DNA of 64,000 bases from Eledone cirrhosa (lineage: Eukaryota): contig OZ024742.1 in the NCBI GenBank assembly GCA_964016885.1, positions 282,410,001 through 282,474,000 of the forward strand. Direction: 5' to 3'. The notes below the pieces were generated by a model. The model saw only the letters and a program-made list of their open reading frames with translations. It ran no database searches and was not told the origin of the DNA. Shown piece after piece: positions 41,607 through 56,129 of this stretch. The translations under genes and the position numbers were made by a program. Within the stretch, counting starts at the first letter, position 1. Each line of letters begins with the position of its first letter.

Positions 41607-41659
<53 letters not shown>

Positions 41660-41680
41660 TGAAGCTTCGCACACACACAG

Positions 41681-41784
<104 letters not shown>

Positions 41785-41850
41785 ACATATATATGTATAT
41801 ATATGTATATATATATATATGTATACATATATACACATATTTATGTATAC

Positions 41851-41937
<87 letters not shown>

Positions 41938-41958
41938 TATATCTGTGTGTGCGCGAAA

Positions 41959-42302
41959 GGTTCATGGCTTAGTTGTTAGAGCATTGCGTTGCAATCGGAA
42001 GGTTGTGAGTTCGATTCTAGGACCGGATGATGCGTTGTGACCTTGAGCAAGACACTTTATTTCATGTTGCTCCAGTTTACTCAGCTGTAGAAATGAGTTG
42101 TGATGTTACTGGTGTCAAGCTGTACCGGCCATTGCCTTTACCATGGACATCATCGGTGGTATGGAGAAGGGAGGCTGTTATGAATGGGCGGCTGCTGGTC
42201 TGCTACAAACCACCTTGTGCCTTGGAGGAACTTGTGCCTTTGAGGGAAACTTTCTAGATGCAAATCCCATGATCATTCGTGACCGAAGGGAGTCTTTACC
42301 TT
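41959..42302 (+). mobile_element. tRNA-derived SINE, second family (CORE-like central block)
   Basis: tggcttagttgttagagc (A box), gagttcgattct (B box), tgtgaccttgagcaagacactt block. Confidence 0.75.
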
Positions 42303-42397
42303 TGTATGCAAAGGGTCAACTGAAATATCAAAGCAAACGACAGAGTGCAACGAAGAAATATATTAACAGTTTTACCTTTGATATAGTAGGAAAAGAA

Positions 42398-42433
42398 TCT
42401 TAACGTTTCGGACGCTAGTTCTTCATCAGAAAA
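42398..42433 (-). ncRNA. Minimal hammerhead ribozyme
   Basis: tttt CTGATGA a GAAC tagc GTCC GAAA CG TT aaga; zero-loop palindromic stem III. Confidence 0.5.
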
Positions 42434-42539
42434 TAGAATGAGAAGTTAAATAAATAGACAGACTGATGAGTCGGGAAGGGCGGAAATGGAAACAAATTTT
42501 TAGAGAAAAATAACTGGTCCATTCATGTTGCCATCTCTT

Positions 42540-42573
<34 letters not shown>

Positions 42574-42795
42574 TGGCAGACTGGGTCTAAAAATATTGGT
42601 TGCCTGGAGATGAAGGGGCCCCAGCTACATATAGAATGCTAGCATTACTTTTTATAATGAATAAATAACATTTTCGAAAAATACATAAGTGGAAGCAAAA
42701 CGGTCAAATCGAATTTTTGCGGGAAAATATCTTACTTCTCCAATAAAAAATATTATATATTTTGCGAAATCATGAGACTTTCAATAATGACCAGA

Positions 42796-43248
42796 AGTCG
42801 ACCCTAAATATTACTAATAACTCTATGAAAGCCATGAACGACACCACATCTTTTTAACTTTGATTTTGAAAGTAGGTTTATAATTATCAATATTCATTAG
42901 ACTTTGTAGCTGTCTCGGTGGAAGAGAATCAAAGTTGGAGGAATCATAGACGGTGGTGATCCTGGTCTGAAGTTCGATCCTAGTAGGGTTCCCAGTAAAC
43001 CTTTTTCAGTTTTTTTTCTATTGGTTGTAAAATAAAAACTGAAAAAGGTTACATGTACCTCCTGACCAGGATTGAACCCAAGGCCAGGATCTCCACAGTC
43101 TCTAGTACCTACCACTAGAACACAGTGACGACTACGAAAGTCCTGTGAAAATTCATACTTATAAACCTACTTTCAAAATTTTCGAAACAAAGTGTTGTGG
43201 TGTCGTTCATGTCTTTCTTAATGTTATTGCTCCTACTTGAGGTCGACT
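42796..43248. mobile_element. MITE-like fold-back with two inward-facing tRNA-like segments
   Basis: Diverged ~85-bp inverted termini (agtcgacc...ttttgaaagtaggtttataa / ttataaacctactttcaaaa...ggtcgact); tRNA-like segment on - at about 43060-43130 and a decayed one on + at about 42905-42988. Confidence 0.55.
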
Positions 43249-43306
43249 GCTAAATCATTTGTATACATACTGAGGGGGTAACCGAGACTGTGCAGATATA
43301 ACTTTA

Positions 43307-43370
<64 letters not shown>

Positions 43371-44139
43371 GTGTGTGTGTGTGTGTATGTGTGTGTGTGT
43401 GTGTGTGTGTACTGGAGTGAATAACTGAATTATTTCTAATTTGTGTGTTTACCTGTGTAATATTGATGATAATGATGATGATGATGATGATGATGCAAAA
43501 CACAAACAAATACATTCAAATACTGATGAAGGGAATAATGTACTTGTTTCATTCATTCTATTTTTAGGGAAGTTAATATTGGGTCTAACATTTCTTGTGA
43601 GGGAGCTTCCCTGTCAAATATCCACCACTAGTTGTTACTGTTGTTACTATTGTTGTTGTTGACGTTGTTGTTGTTATTGTTGTTGTTGCAGTTGCTCCTA
43701 CCTTTGTTGTTATTGTTGTGGGGGGAGATACCACCACATTCTAGTCCGTCAAGTCCCTAGCCTTTTCTTAAATGTGTGTATTTACTTTTTTTTTGTCTTC
43801 TAGGGTAAAACTTTGATAAGAGGTCATAATATATAATATATTCCTAGATATAATTTTGTATGAAATTAAAACGGTGTATTCACGGTTCAAATGGTTTAGT
43901 TCTGCTTGTTCAGAATGGACCAGTGGGTGGTTTAAGCAACAACAAATACTACAATAATAACAAGAACAGCAACAATGTTTCAAAGCTTTGGTCAGTTATG
44001 CAGTATTTACTCTGGGCAGAGCCCTAAACCTACATTAGGATTTAGAGCAGAGTAGAGTACCATTTGGTAAGATTCCCAATTCCCAACAAGAATGTTTCAC
44101 TTTGGTTGCTTGAAGAAATTGCTTGCAATAACTGCTGAA

Positions 44140-44210
<71 letters not shown>

Positions 44211-44211
44211 A

Positions 44212-44284
<73 letters not shown>

Positions 44285-44303
44285 ATATATATATATATAT
44301 ACA

Positions 44304-44341
<38 letters not shown>

Positions 44342-44387
44342 GTTATAGATAACGAGGAATCAGTAATGCATCAAATCACTATTTATT

Positions 44388-44481
44388 AACATATTACATA
44401 TGTTTCTCCGTCGATCAGCTCAAGGCAGGATCTGTTACAGATGGAACCCGACTCTGCATTCGCAAGTTCCTCAGATATGTC
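44388..44481 (-). ncRNA. Type I hammerhead candidate
   Basis: gacatat CTGAGGA ...irregular long stem II... GAAA CATATG TA atatgtt; 7-bp stem I; within short inverted arms about 44335-44374 / 44523-44585. Confidence 0.55.
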
Positions 44482-44623
44482 TTGCCTTTTCAAAGCATTC
44501 CATTCGATTAATATATTGTGTGTTGATGCATTACGGATTCCTCGTTATCATATACTCCTCGTTATCATATAATCGTTATAATATACTCTGCTCTGCACGA
44601 GCATCGAGTGCTCAGACGGTATG

Positions 44624-44710
<87 letters not shown>

Positions 44711-44949
44711 TTCTCTCTGAAGTCATCATATTCTGTCATTTTTAAAAAAGGTGGGCATGTTGTGTAATATGATTTTGTCTGAAAATGTTGTGGGATGGTC
44801 ATGGCTGAAATGTTTTAGTTCTACTTGATCCCAGCAGACATTGGAGTGTTAAACAACTACAAGAACAACAAAAACAACAACAACCGCAGCTACAACAACA
44901 TCCACAGTAGTAACAAAAACTACTGCAACTAAAATAACTACAATAATAA

Positions 44950-45536
44950 TGGCTTCTAATTTAGGCACAACGCCAACAATTTTGAGGTAAGGGGAAAGTC
45001 GATTAAATCAACTCCATTGCATTACTGGTACTTTATTTTATCGAACCCGTAAGGATGAAAGGCAAAGCTATAACCTCGGCGGAATTTGAACTCTATGGTG
45101 CAAACCGTTTTGTTCGACGTTCTACCAATTTCTGCCAATCCACCATCCTGGTAATAACTACAATAATAAATGTTTCTACTTTTGGCACAAGGCCAGCAAT
45201 AACCCAGTGCATTACTGGTACTTTATTTTATCGACCCTGTAAGGATGAACGGCAAAGTTAACCTCGGCGGGATTTGAACTCAGACCACAAAGGGCCGTAA
45301 CTCTTTGCTGCAAAGCATGGCGTCTGACCCTCTACCGATACTAATAATAATTGTTTCTACTTTTGGCACAAGGCCAGCAATTATCCCAGTGCATTACTGG
45401 TACTTTATTTTATCGACCCCGTAAGGATGAACGGCAAAGTTAACCTCGGCGGGATTTGAACTCAGAATGGCAAGGGCCGTAACTCTATGCGTCAAAAGAT
45501 GGTGTCCGACCCTCTACCGATACTGCCAATCCACCA
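44950..45536 (-). mobile_element. Three tandem tRNA-derived SINE units
   Basis: Repeated reverse-complement SINE unit as in 8585-9372. Confidence 0.85.
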
Positions 45537-46566
45537 ACTAATAATAATGACATCTTCAACGACTACAATAACAACTACAACAACTACTACAACACCCGCA
45601 GCAGTAGACTTGGTCTAGCATGGGTTAAAGGTATAAACCATCGAGGGTCGGGCGAAAAGTTCATAGGCTGCTCAAGATACTCTCATGGAATGACCAAATG
45701 AGGTTTCGTCTCTGGAAAGACACAATGTAGTTATTAATAAAAAGAATTGAATTTAATGCATGCAAGAATTCACGGCTTTTACATCACTCCTTCATAGTCA
45801 GCCCATGATCCTCGTACAATGTAAGAGAACGAATTACAGCCATGTAAGAGAACGAATTACTTACTTGTTGCTTATAGCAGTGAAATACACTTCCTCCTGG
45901 TACCTATTTCATGCGGAAATAACTTATGTATTGGTATAGTAAATATTTCTCCCCACCCCTGTTCCCAATTTTTGCAATAATGCTAGTGAAAAGATTGTAG
46001 CATGAAAAATAAAGCAAAATAGTTGTTGTTTTTATTGTTGTTGCTCATGGCATTGCTGGTGGTGTTCTTGTTGCTGTTGTTGATGTCGTTCCTGTTGATG
46101 TTCTTATTACCATTGCAATTGTCCTTGTTATCGTTCCTATTGTTGCTGTTTCTCTTGCTGATGTTAATGTTGATTTTGTTTTGTTTTGTTTTGTTTTTTT
46201 GTTTGTTTTTTGTTTTGTTTTGTTGTTGTTTGTTTTGTTTTTTGCCTACCGAGTGTGAGCTCTCCGTTTTGTGGCAATTGATTTGCGCTCTCTATTCAAA
46301 TTAAATCCACAAAAAGAAAAACGCCCACTACAACAACCACAACAACAACAGCAGCAGCATCACCATCTAAAACAATACCCACATCAACAACAAAAAAACA
46401 GAACATCCACACCAACAATAATAATAACAACAGCAACAGTAATAACAAAAGTAACGGCCATTCTTTTCTTAAATAAGAAACGAAGCAATTAAACGAGGGA
46501 AAATAATTTCCCTTTCAGGAATCCTACAAATTCAACGAAGCCATTTTTTCTTTGCATTGCTATTTT

Positions 46567-46855
46567 TTCTTCTTCTTCTTCTTCTTCTTCTTCTTCTTCT
46601 TCTCCTCCTCCTCCCCTCATCAACATTGTTCTTCTTTTTTCTTCTTCTTCTACCCCTCCCCTTCAACATTTTTATTTTTATTTTTCTTCTTCTTCTTCTT
46701 CTTCTTCTTCTTCTTCTTCTTCTTCTTCTTCTTCTTCTTCTTCTTCTTCTTCTTCTTCTTCTCACCTCTCTCCCTCATCAACATTCTTCTTCTTCTTCTT
46801 CTTCTTCTTCTTCTTCTTCTTCTTCTTCTTCTTCTTCTTCTTCTTCTTCTTCTTC
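46567..46855. repeat. (CTT)n microsatellite
   Basis: Direct reading; explains the poly-R/F/L/S ORFs. Confidence 0.95.
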
Positions 46856-47110
46856 TCGGAACGGTGAGGTTTATCCTTCTTTAAATGATTTATTTCCGAA
46901 AGACTTTGTTTATAAATAAGAGGGAAAACAATTATTACAACTTTGAAGTCATAGTAATGCATACATACATACATACATACATACATACATACATACATAC
47001 ATACATACATACATACATACATACACACATATATGCACACAAAACACATATATATATATGTATATATATCTATGTATATATGTATATATATGTATATACA
47101 TATATCTATA

Positions 47111-47177
<67 letters not shown>

Positions 47178-47198
47178 ATGTGTGTGTATTTATATATA

Positions 47199-47229
<31 letters not shown>

Positions 47230-47293
47230 TATATACATATATCTATGTATATATGTATATATATGTATATACATATCTCTATATCTATATCTA

Positions 47294-47350
<57 letters not shown>

Positions 47351-47914
47351 ATTTATATATATGTGTGTGTGTGTATATATAATTATATATATATATATAT
47401 TTTATACATATATATATATGTATGTGTGTGCGTGTATACATATAAATATATATATATACTGTATATAAAGAAGGCTTGCGTTCGTTTTGGTAAAATTACC
47501 TTGCATCCGTATTTAGCGATTAAAAATGCGGTCTTTAAGGAATGAATAACCGTAACAAACGATTAGCTTGTTATCCGAAATTGGAAGATACATCCAGACT
47601 TATTCGATGTTCTGTTCAGTGCGTAAATAAATGTCTGATCCCTGATGAAACGGTGAGAAGACACTGAAACTAGACAACCTCATCTCTCGTCCTCTATTAA
47701 CAGAGGGTGAAAAGGAAGTTTAACCGCAACAAAAATAAAAATTTGCTTTTACTAAAACACATCCCACACAGCTAGTCTAACTTCCATCTCTCGCCCTCCC
47801 CTGACACTCTCCTACCTCACTTTCTCCGTCTGTCTCTCTTTCTATCTTTCATTAATTGGCCAGAAAAAATCTCCTATAACTGAACCTTGACTCAACCTTA
47901 ATAAATATATAAGC

Positions 47915-48672
47915 TCGATTACTCATTTTCACGAGGTCTACGAAAGAGGAATAGGGCTCTTGGCGATACTCTCATGATTTTTCAAAGACCTGCCGCTCTA
48001 TGAATATTTGGTGGGCTCTTCTGCGTCCGAGGCAAAAACCACACTGTTCGACAGCTAGTTTGGGCTCCACAATATCACTACATACCTTTGCCAGACACTT
48101 AATATAAATTTACCGGGGAGGCCTAACAAGGAGATCCCTCTATAATTAGAGTAATCTCTCTTGTCTTCCTTTTTGAAAGCTGAGATTATCCTTCCAGACT
48201 GCCATTGCTTAGGCGCCTTTCCAGAGATCCAGGCCACCAGCCACTCACGAGTCAACCAGAGAATACCTTTTAACATCTCTGGCCGAATTTCATATTCCCC
48301 AGCGGCCTTGCCACATTTGAACTCTTTAATTGATCGTGTGACCTCAGTCACCGAGATGTTAATCATCGCTCTCAGATGTACCTCATGTTACATCAGATGC
48401 TTGGGTGATCAGGTTTAGGAGATGAGTGAAATATTCTCTACACCTCGTGAGGATGCTCCTCTCTGAAGACGTGATCCTGATAGAGTGCAAACAATTTATT
48501 ACAAAGTCAACGGATGGTCTGCCAGAACACTTTATTTGCTAATTTAAAGTTGGATTCCAGTTTAAACCCAAACAGCTTCCATGTCTTAACTTTGGACGCC
48601 TTCACTTTTCGCGCCTTATTGTACCGCAAGTGCAAGAAGGACAAATTTCTTTCAAGCCAAGCCTTGAAAGCC
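47915..48672 (-). mobile_element. Decayed RTE/Expander-like LINE ORF fragment (RT N-terminal region)
   Basis: KAAGEYEIRPEMLKG...WISGKAPKQWQ...KKEDKRDYSNYRGISLLGLPGK; upstream [10 protein letters not shown]. Confidence 0.8.
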
Positions 48673-48689
48673 TTTTTCTTTCTCTCCCC

Positions 48690-48764
<75 letters not shown>

Positions 48765-48783
48765 TAGATAGATAGATAGATAG

Positions 48784-48818
<35 letters not shown>

Positions 48819-49057
48819 TGTATGTATATAATTATAATTGAATATAAAAGAAAAACGAACACAGATACATAGATATATGTGTTCAAATCGCAAGGGACCA
48901 AATTCGCAAAGGTGAAAAGAATGCTAACTATAGACAATAGGGTTTGCCTTTTTAGTGGTGTAAGTTTGTGAGACACTCTAAGATACCATGTGCGTTATTA
49001 TATATAGCACACTATTTAGTTCCTTAATATACTTAGAAGTGTCTAGGATACTAATTC

Positions 49058-49135
49058 ATCACCCACTGATGAGCAAGAATTGGTAATTCTATTCACAATT
49101 AATATTGCGAAACAGCACCAAGTTGTCTTGGAGAT
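49058..49135 (+). ncRNA. Type I hammerhead ribozyme in a fold-back insertion (48829-49400)
   Basis: CTGATGA GCAA...TTGC GAAA CAGC accaa GTTG TC; imperfect stem I; inverted arms about 48829-48948 / 49195-49315. Confidence 0.7.
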
Positions 49136-50212
49136 TGGTAGTTACCACAAATCCGGTTTGTATTTATTTTCTTGATTTTTTCTTAAATTGAGACAGGCAA
49201 ACCCTATTGTCTATAGTTAGTATTCTTTTCACCTTAGCGAATCTGGTCCCTTGCGATTTGAACACCTATATCTATAGATCTGTGTTCGTTTTTCTTTTAT
49301 ATTCAATTATAATATACGGCTCGGAAAAATCTCTTTCTTAGAGCTATTTTATTGTAAGAGACTATTTTGAGTTCCTAACTCAATATATACCTTTGATATA
49401 TATGTATATATATATATATATATCGTGTTTTCCCTTAAAAAAAGGCACTCGGGCTTATTTTCGGGATATGGCTTTTGAATAAAAAATAACAAGAGTTTTG
49501 ATAAAAGTATCATTATACTGGTATAAAAGATAAAAGATCTATTTATTCAAATACTGTCACCATTTTCTGATATTATAAAGTTAAAAACAATACCATTGGA
49601 AGAATTTATATTAGTCATCAGCAAGAAACTGGAAATCTGCGTTTTATATTATTTTTTATATTAATTTTTCTCGCAAAAATAAAGCTTATTTTCGGACAGC
49701 TACATAAAAATCATGCTAGGGTTTATTTTTGGAGTACGTCTTATAATAGGGGAACCATGGTTTATATATATATATATATAGTTCCAAAGTCGTTAGAAAA
49801 TTAATTCAAAACAGCGGGGCGCACAAGACAAAGGCAGTGGAAACACATGTATGTATGATTTTTTAAAGCTATCATTTAACAAATGTCCCACCACCCGGTC
49901 TGTCTTCACTATTTCCCTTCTTTCCTTGTTACGCCTCAATGTGAACTGGAATGAAGAAGTAACTACCTTAATGAAACTGCAGTGATTTCCGGAGGTTGAC
50001 TGAGGAGATGGGTCTCTCCGTTTTTCCGTTGTTTTCTTCCATTGTGTTTTAGTCTTGTGCGCCCCCGCCCCCTCTGTTATGTATATATATATATATATAT
50101 AACGAAGGAAATGTGGTAAGGAACCAGGTGGACCATAACGCACCAAAGTACTCAATACTTAGGGTAGTAGAGTGGGTAATAGGAACGAGTAGGACCCCGG
50201 GTCCTACTCGTT

Positions 50213-50276
<64 letters not shown>

Positions 50277-51010
50277 CATACATATATATACATATATATA
50301 TACATATATATATACATATATATACATATATATATATACAAATATTAGTCAGCATTAACGAAGCTTTAGGCTGCGGCTAAGCTAACGAATGCAGATTCGG
50401 AATGCAACTTAGCACTCGATGGAGAATAATACCCCAAAGTTATAACAATACGTTTAGACAGCTTTGCAAATCAAATATAGCGACCGGCAGTCCAGCCGCG
50501 TTGCCATAGCAACGAAAAAAACTGAACTCAGGGAAAGATGTATGTATATATAAGGTGCTTCATTTTAATTCTTTATTTCTATTCTATATTTAAAGTATAA
50601 TCTTCACCATCTTCGTTTTCGAGGTTATACTGCAGAATCGATAGAACTTCGAATTAAATGAATTGCATTTGATTGGCAGTATCTGTAGAGCGTCGGACAA
50701 TATGCTTTACGGCATAGAGTTAAGGTTCTTTACAGTCTGAGTTCAAATTTCGCCGATGTTAGTTTTGCCTTTCATCCTTACAGGGTCTATAAAATAAAGC
50801 ACCTGTAATGCGCTGGGGGTTGATTCAATCCACTTTCACCCCCACCCCAAGTTGCTAAAATAGAAACAATTATTATTGATGGGGACGCCCAATTTTTATG
50901 CTGTGAACCGAAACTTTATCCTCATAATAAGACTTCCATATATAGAAATGCCCCCTCCCATGCACACACACACACACACACACATACCTCGGGCGAGGCA
51001 TGTCTTTCGT

Positions 51011-51074
<64 letters not shown>

Positions 51075-51216
51075 TTTACATATATATGACAAAAGCATAT
51101 ATACATACATAGTTACACATGTACATACATGCACACACATACATACGCGTTCATATATATGCATATATACAAACAAACACGTACATGTATACATGCAGAC
51201 ATATTTAAATACATAT

Positions 51217-51248
<32 letters not shown>

Positions 51249-51252
51249 GTAA

Positions 51253-51291
<39 letters not shown>

Positions 51292-51742
51292 TGTATGTGT
51301 TATGTGTTTGTACGTATGCTTGTGCGTGTGTTTGTATGTATGTATGTACGTATGTTTGTGTATAAACACGCGCATTGTTTTGTTCTATTCCTCAGAACTC
51401 CCTAAAGTAATTATACTTTTACACAAGAGGTCGTGGGAAATGTAAAATACCAGGTTTTAAAAATCTTGTCTTTTTTCGTGTATACAGATATACACTCATA
51501 GCAGATATGTCTCTCTCTCTCTTTTTCCCTCTCTCCCCCCTCTCTCTCTATATATATACATTTATATATATGCACATGTATGTGTGTGCGTGTGTGCATA
51601 TATATGTGTGTGTATGTATATAAACATATATATATATGTGTGTGTATGTGTATATATGTACACATACTAAAAGTCTAAAGTCTGCCTTAAGCCAGAAGGC
51701 TCATTTGGCCGGTGTTTATCCCATAGCTACCATTATACACAC

Positions 51743-51787
<45 letters not shown>

Positions 51788-52029
51788 TATATATTATGTA
51801 GTAGTGGTGGTGGTGGTGGTGGTAGTAGTAGTAGTAGTACTACTACTACTAGTTATAGTAGTAGTAGTGGTAGTTGCTACTGTTGCTGTGGTGGTGTTGT
51901 TGCTGTTGGTAGTGGTAGTGGTGGTGGTGGTCGTCGTGGTTGTAGTTTTGGTAGTGGTGTTTGTGTCTGTTACTATTGTGGTTGTGGCTGCTGTTCCGAT
52001 TATTGTTATTATTACTATAGTTGTTGAGG

Positions 52030-52443
52030 GCGGTGGATTGGCAGTATCGGTAGAGGGTCGGACACCATGCTTTGACGTATAGAGTTACGGCCCTTTATGA
52101 TCTGAGTTCAAATCCCGCCGATGTTAACTTTGCCTTTCATCCTAACGGGGTCGATAAAATAAAGTACCAATCACGCACTGGGGTCGATTTAATCGACTTT
52201 CCCCTCTCCCCACCAAATTACTGGCCTTGTGCCTATATAACAAACCATTAGGGCGGTGGATTGGCAGTATCGGTAGAGGATCGGACACCATGCTTTCTAG
52301 CATAGAGTTACGGCCCTTGCCATTCTAAGTTCAAATCCCGCCGAGGTTAACTTTGCCTTTCATCCTTACGGGGTCGATAAAATAAAGTACCAGTAATGCA
52401 CTGGGATAATTGCTGGCCTTGTGCCAAAACTAGAAACAATTAT
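52030..52443 (+). mobile_element. Two tandem tRNA-derived SINE units
   Basis: Two complete ggcggtggattggcagtatcggtag...gagttcaaatcccgccg... units. Confidence 0.9.
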
Positions 52444-52838
52444 TACTATAGTTATTGTCGTAACTCTTATTGTCGTTGCTTCTGTTATAGTTGTTGTTGT
52501 TATCGAAACTTGTTTTTGTTGTTACTGTTGTTACTCTAAATCTTATAGTAGTTGTTGTTTTATTGATGTTGTCGTTGTTAATGTCTAAACAAGAAGAATT
52601 AGTTTCAAGACCAATAATACAATTCCCGAAGCAATGGTTTTGGGAATTTGTAATTGGAAATTGCTGATTGATTTTACACAGTACAAAGTTACACTTACAG
52701 CTATGCAGAATGGTCTAGTGATGTGAGGCAAACTATTTTGGTGGGTAGTTGGGGTTGTCAGCTAGTCCACATACATATATATATATACAACAATATATAT
52801 ATATATGTATGTATATATATATATGTATATATACGTAC

Positions 52839-52870
<32 letters not shown>

Positions 52871-52880
52871 ATGTCTGTAA

Positions 52881-52930
<50 letters not shown>

Positions 52931-52943
52931 TCACACTCACACT

Positions 52944-52994
<51 letters not shown>

Positions 52995-53067
52995 TGTTAT
53001 ATTTGGAGATGGTCATGTCAATAATGCCAATAGAATTTTGCCGTACAAATACATAATCCTATAAACC

Positions 53068-53173
<106 letters not shown>

Positions 53174-53415
53174 TGTATGTATGTATATGTATATACCTAG
53201 CTGACCTCTCAGACTTTTACAATGAGCTTCAGGGGTTAAAGTTATTATAAAGAGTAACATGCGTGAAGATGCTATATAATAGATTATGATATAGAAAGAA
53301 AACCCTTGAGACATAAAAGGAAGTTGTCATCTGCCGATGAGAACTTCTTTTTCTGTCTTCACTCTATTTCATAAGTTATTTTATAGCATCTCCGCACATG
53401 AAGACGCCACTCTTA

Positions 53416-53461
<46 letters not shown>

Positions 53462-53634
53462 CGTCCTTTCACGCACAAGGCGTCAAGGTACGCATGTATT
53501 GTCCAACCAAGTGCCAGTGTGGTTCAATGGCGGGTTAATAAATTAACGAGCCAGAACAAATATAAACAAGGTTTAGTAAATAATGAAAAAGTTTCAAAAT
53601 AAATTTTAAAAAATTGACTTTACCTACTATAGTT

Positions 53635-53718
53635 ACCTTTACCGATCGGTTTCGAATCCCAAAAATAAAACGTAGGCCATACGGCCCTCGTTGCAAAGAG
53701 AGATTCTCGTCAGAAGGT
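53635..53718 (-). ncRNA. Type I hammerhead, array unit L1 (also 54118-54201 and 54601-54684)
   Basis: acctt CTGACGA GAATCTC...GGGATTC GAAA CCGATCGG TA aaggt. Confidence 0.85.
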
Positions 53719-55012
53719 TCTTTTCATTCAAAGAATATAAAATTCCTGAATTTAAATCACAAACTAGCGCTATCAAAGACTGTTCCTGGGATGAGAGTGG
53801 ATGATGTAGAACAGGTTTATCAAGGGCCGTAGTAAAGATAGAGGCAAAAGGAGGTAGGTCGAACTAGCCACCGCTGTTATCAGCAGCAGTCGGAATGACC
53901 CGGTTTGTTCTCAACGTATGTGGAGGTAGTAGTAATATGAAATACGTCCTTTCACGCACAAGGCGTCAAGGTACGCATGTATTGTCCAACCAAGTGCCAG
54001 TGTGGTTCAATGGCGGGTTAATAAATTAACGAGCCAGAACAAATATAAACAAGGTTTAGTAAATAATGAAAAAGTTTCAAAATAAATTTTAAAAAATTGA
54101 CTTTACCTACTATAGTTACCTTTACCGATCGGTTTCGAATCCCAAAAATAAAACGTAGGCCATACGGCCCTCGTTGCAAAGAGAGATTCTCGTCAGAAGG
54201 TTCTTTTCATTCAAAGAATATAAAATTCCTGAATTTAAATCACAAACTAGCGCTATCAAAGACTGTTCCTGGGATGAGAGTGGATGATGTAGAACAGGTT
54301 TATCAAGGGCCGTAGTAAAGATAGAGGCAAAAGGAGGTAGGTCGAACTAGCCACCGCTGTTATCAGCAGCAGTCGGAATGACCCGGTTTGTTCTCAACGT
54401 ATGTGGAGGTAGTAGTAATATGAAATACGTCCTTTCACGCACAAGGCGTCAAGGTACGCATGTATTGTCCAACCAAGTGCCAGTGTGGTTCAATGGCGGG
54501 TTAATAAATTAACGAGCCAGAACAAATATAAACAAGGTTTAGTAAATAATGAAAAAGTTTCAAAATAAATTTTAAAAAATTGACTTTACCTACTATAGTT
54601 ACCTTTACCGATCGGTTTCGAATCCCAAAAATAAAACGTAGGCCATACGGCCCTCGTTGCAAAGAGAGATTCTCGTCAGAAGGTTCTTTTCATTCAAAGA
54701 ATATAAAATTCCTGAATTTAAATCACAAACTAGCGCTATCAAAGACTGTTCCTGGGATGAGAGTGGATGATGTAGAACAGGTTTATCAAGGGCCGTAGTA
54801 AAGATAGACACATACGTTGAGAACAAACCGGGTCATTCCGACTGCTGCTGATAACAGCGGTGGCTAGTTCGACCTACCTCCTTTTGCCTCTATCTTTACT
54901 ACGGCCCTTGATAAACCTGTTCTACATCATCCACTCTCATCCCAGGAACAGTCTTTGATAGCGCTAGTTTGTGATTTAAATTCAGGAATTTTATATTCTT
55001 TGAATGAAAAGA

Positions 55013-55096
55013 ACCTTCTGACGAGAATCTCTCTTTGCAACGAGGGCCGTATGGCCTACGTTTTATTTTTGGGATTCGAAACCGATCGGTAAAGGT
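55013..55096 (+). ncRNA. Type I hammerhead, array unit R1 (also 55496-55579 and 55979-56062)
   Basis: Canonical core, 5-bp stem I, 7-bp stem II with internal ggcc gtat ggcc hairpin, palindromic ACCGATCGGT stem III, GUA cleavage triplet. Confidence 0.88.
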
Positions 55097-56129
55097 AACT
55101 ATAGTAGGTAAAGTCAATTTTTTAAAATTTATTTTGAAACTTTTTCATTATTTACTAAACCTTGTTTATATTTGTTCTGGCTCGTTAATTTATTAACCCG
55201 CCATTGAACCACACTGGCACTTGGTTGGACAATACATGCGTACCTTGACGCCTTGTGCGTGAAAGGACGTATTTCATATTACTACTACCTCCACATACGT
55301 TGAGAACAAACCGGGTCATTCCGACTGCTGCTGATAACAGCGGTGGCTAGTTCGACCTACCTCCTTTTGCCTCTATCTTTACTACGGCCCTTGATAAACC
55401 TGTTCTACATCATCCACTCTCATCCCAGGAACAGTCTTTGATAGCGCTAGTTTGTGATTTAAATTCAGGAATTTTATATTCTTTGAATGAAAAGAACCTT
55501 CTGACGAGAATCTCTCTTTGCAACGAGGGCCGTATGGCCTACGTTTTATTTTTGGGATTCGAAACCGATCGGTAAAGGTAACTATAGTAGGTAAAGTCAA
55601 TTTTTTAAAATTTATTTTGAAACTTTTTCATTATTTACTAAACCTTGTTTATATTTGTTCTGGCTCGTTAATTTATTAACCCGCCATTGAACCACACTGG
55701 CACTTGGTTGGACAATACATGCGTACCTTGACGCCTTGTGCGTGAAAGGACGTATTTCATATTACTACTACCTCCACATACGTTGAGAACAAACCGGGTC
55801 ATTCCGACTGCTGCTGATAACAGCGGTGGCTAGTTCGACCTACCTCCTTTTGCCTCTATCTTTACTACGGCCCTTGATAAACCTGTTCTACATCATCCAC
55901 TCTCATCCCAGGAACAGTCTTTGATAGCGCTAGTTTGTGATTTAAATTCAGGAATTTTATATTCTTTGAATGAAAAGAACCTTCTGACGAGAATCTCTCT
56001 TTGCAACGAGGGCCGTATGGCCTACGTTTTATTTTTGGGATTCGAAACCGATCGGTAAAGGTAACTATAGTAGGTAAAGTCAATTTTTTAAAATTTATTT
56101 TGAAACTTTTTCATTATTTACTAAACCTT

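Noticed and set aside
43060-43130. Functional tRNA-His gene
   Set aside because: Acceptor and anticodon stems do not pair properly; embedded in a repeat
53614-53832. 72-aa ORF repeated six times in the 483-bp array
   Set aside because: TTG start, no recognisable motif, antisense to the hammerhead; repetition simply reflects the array
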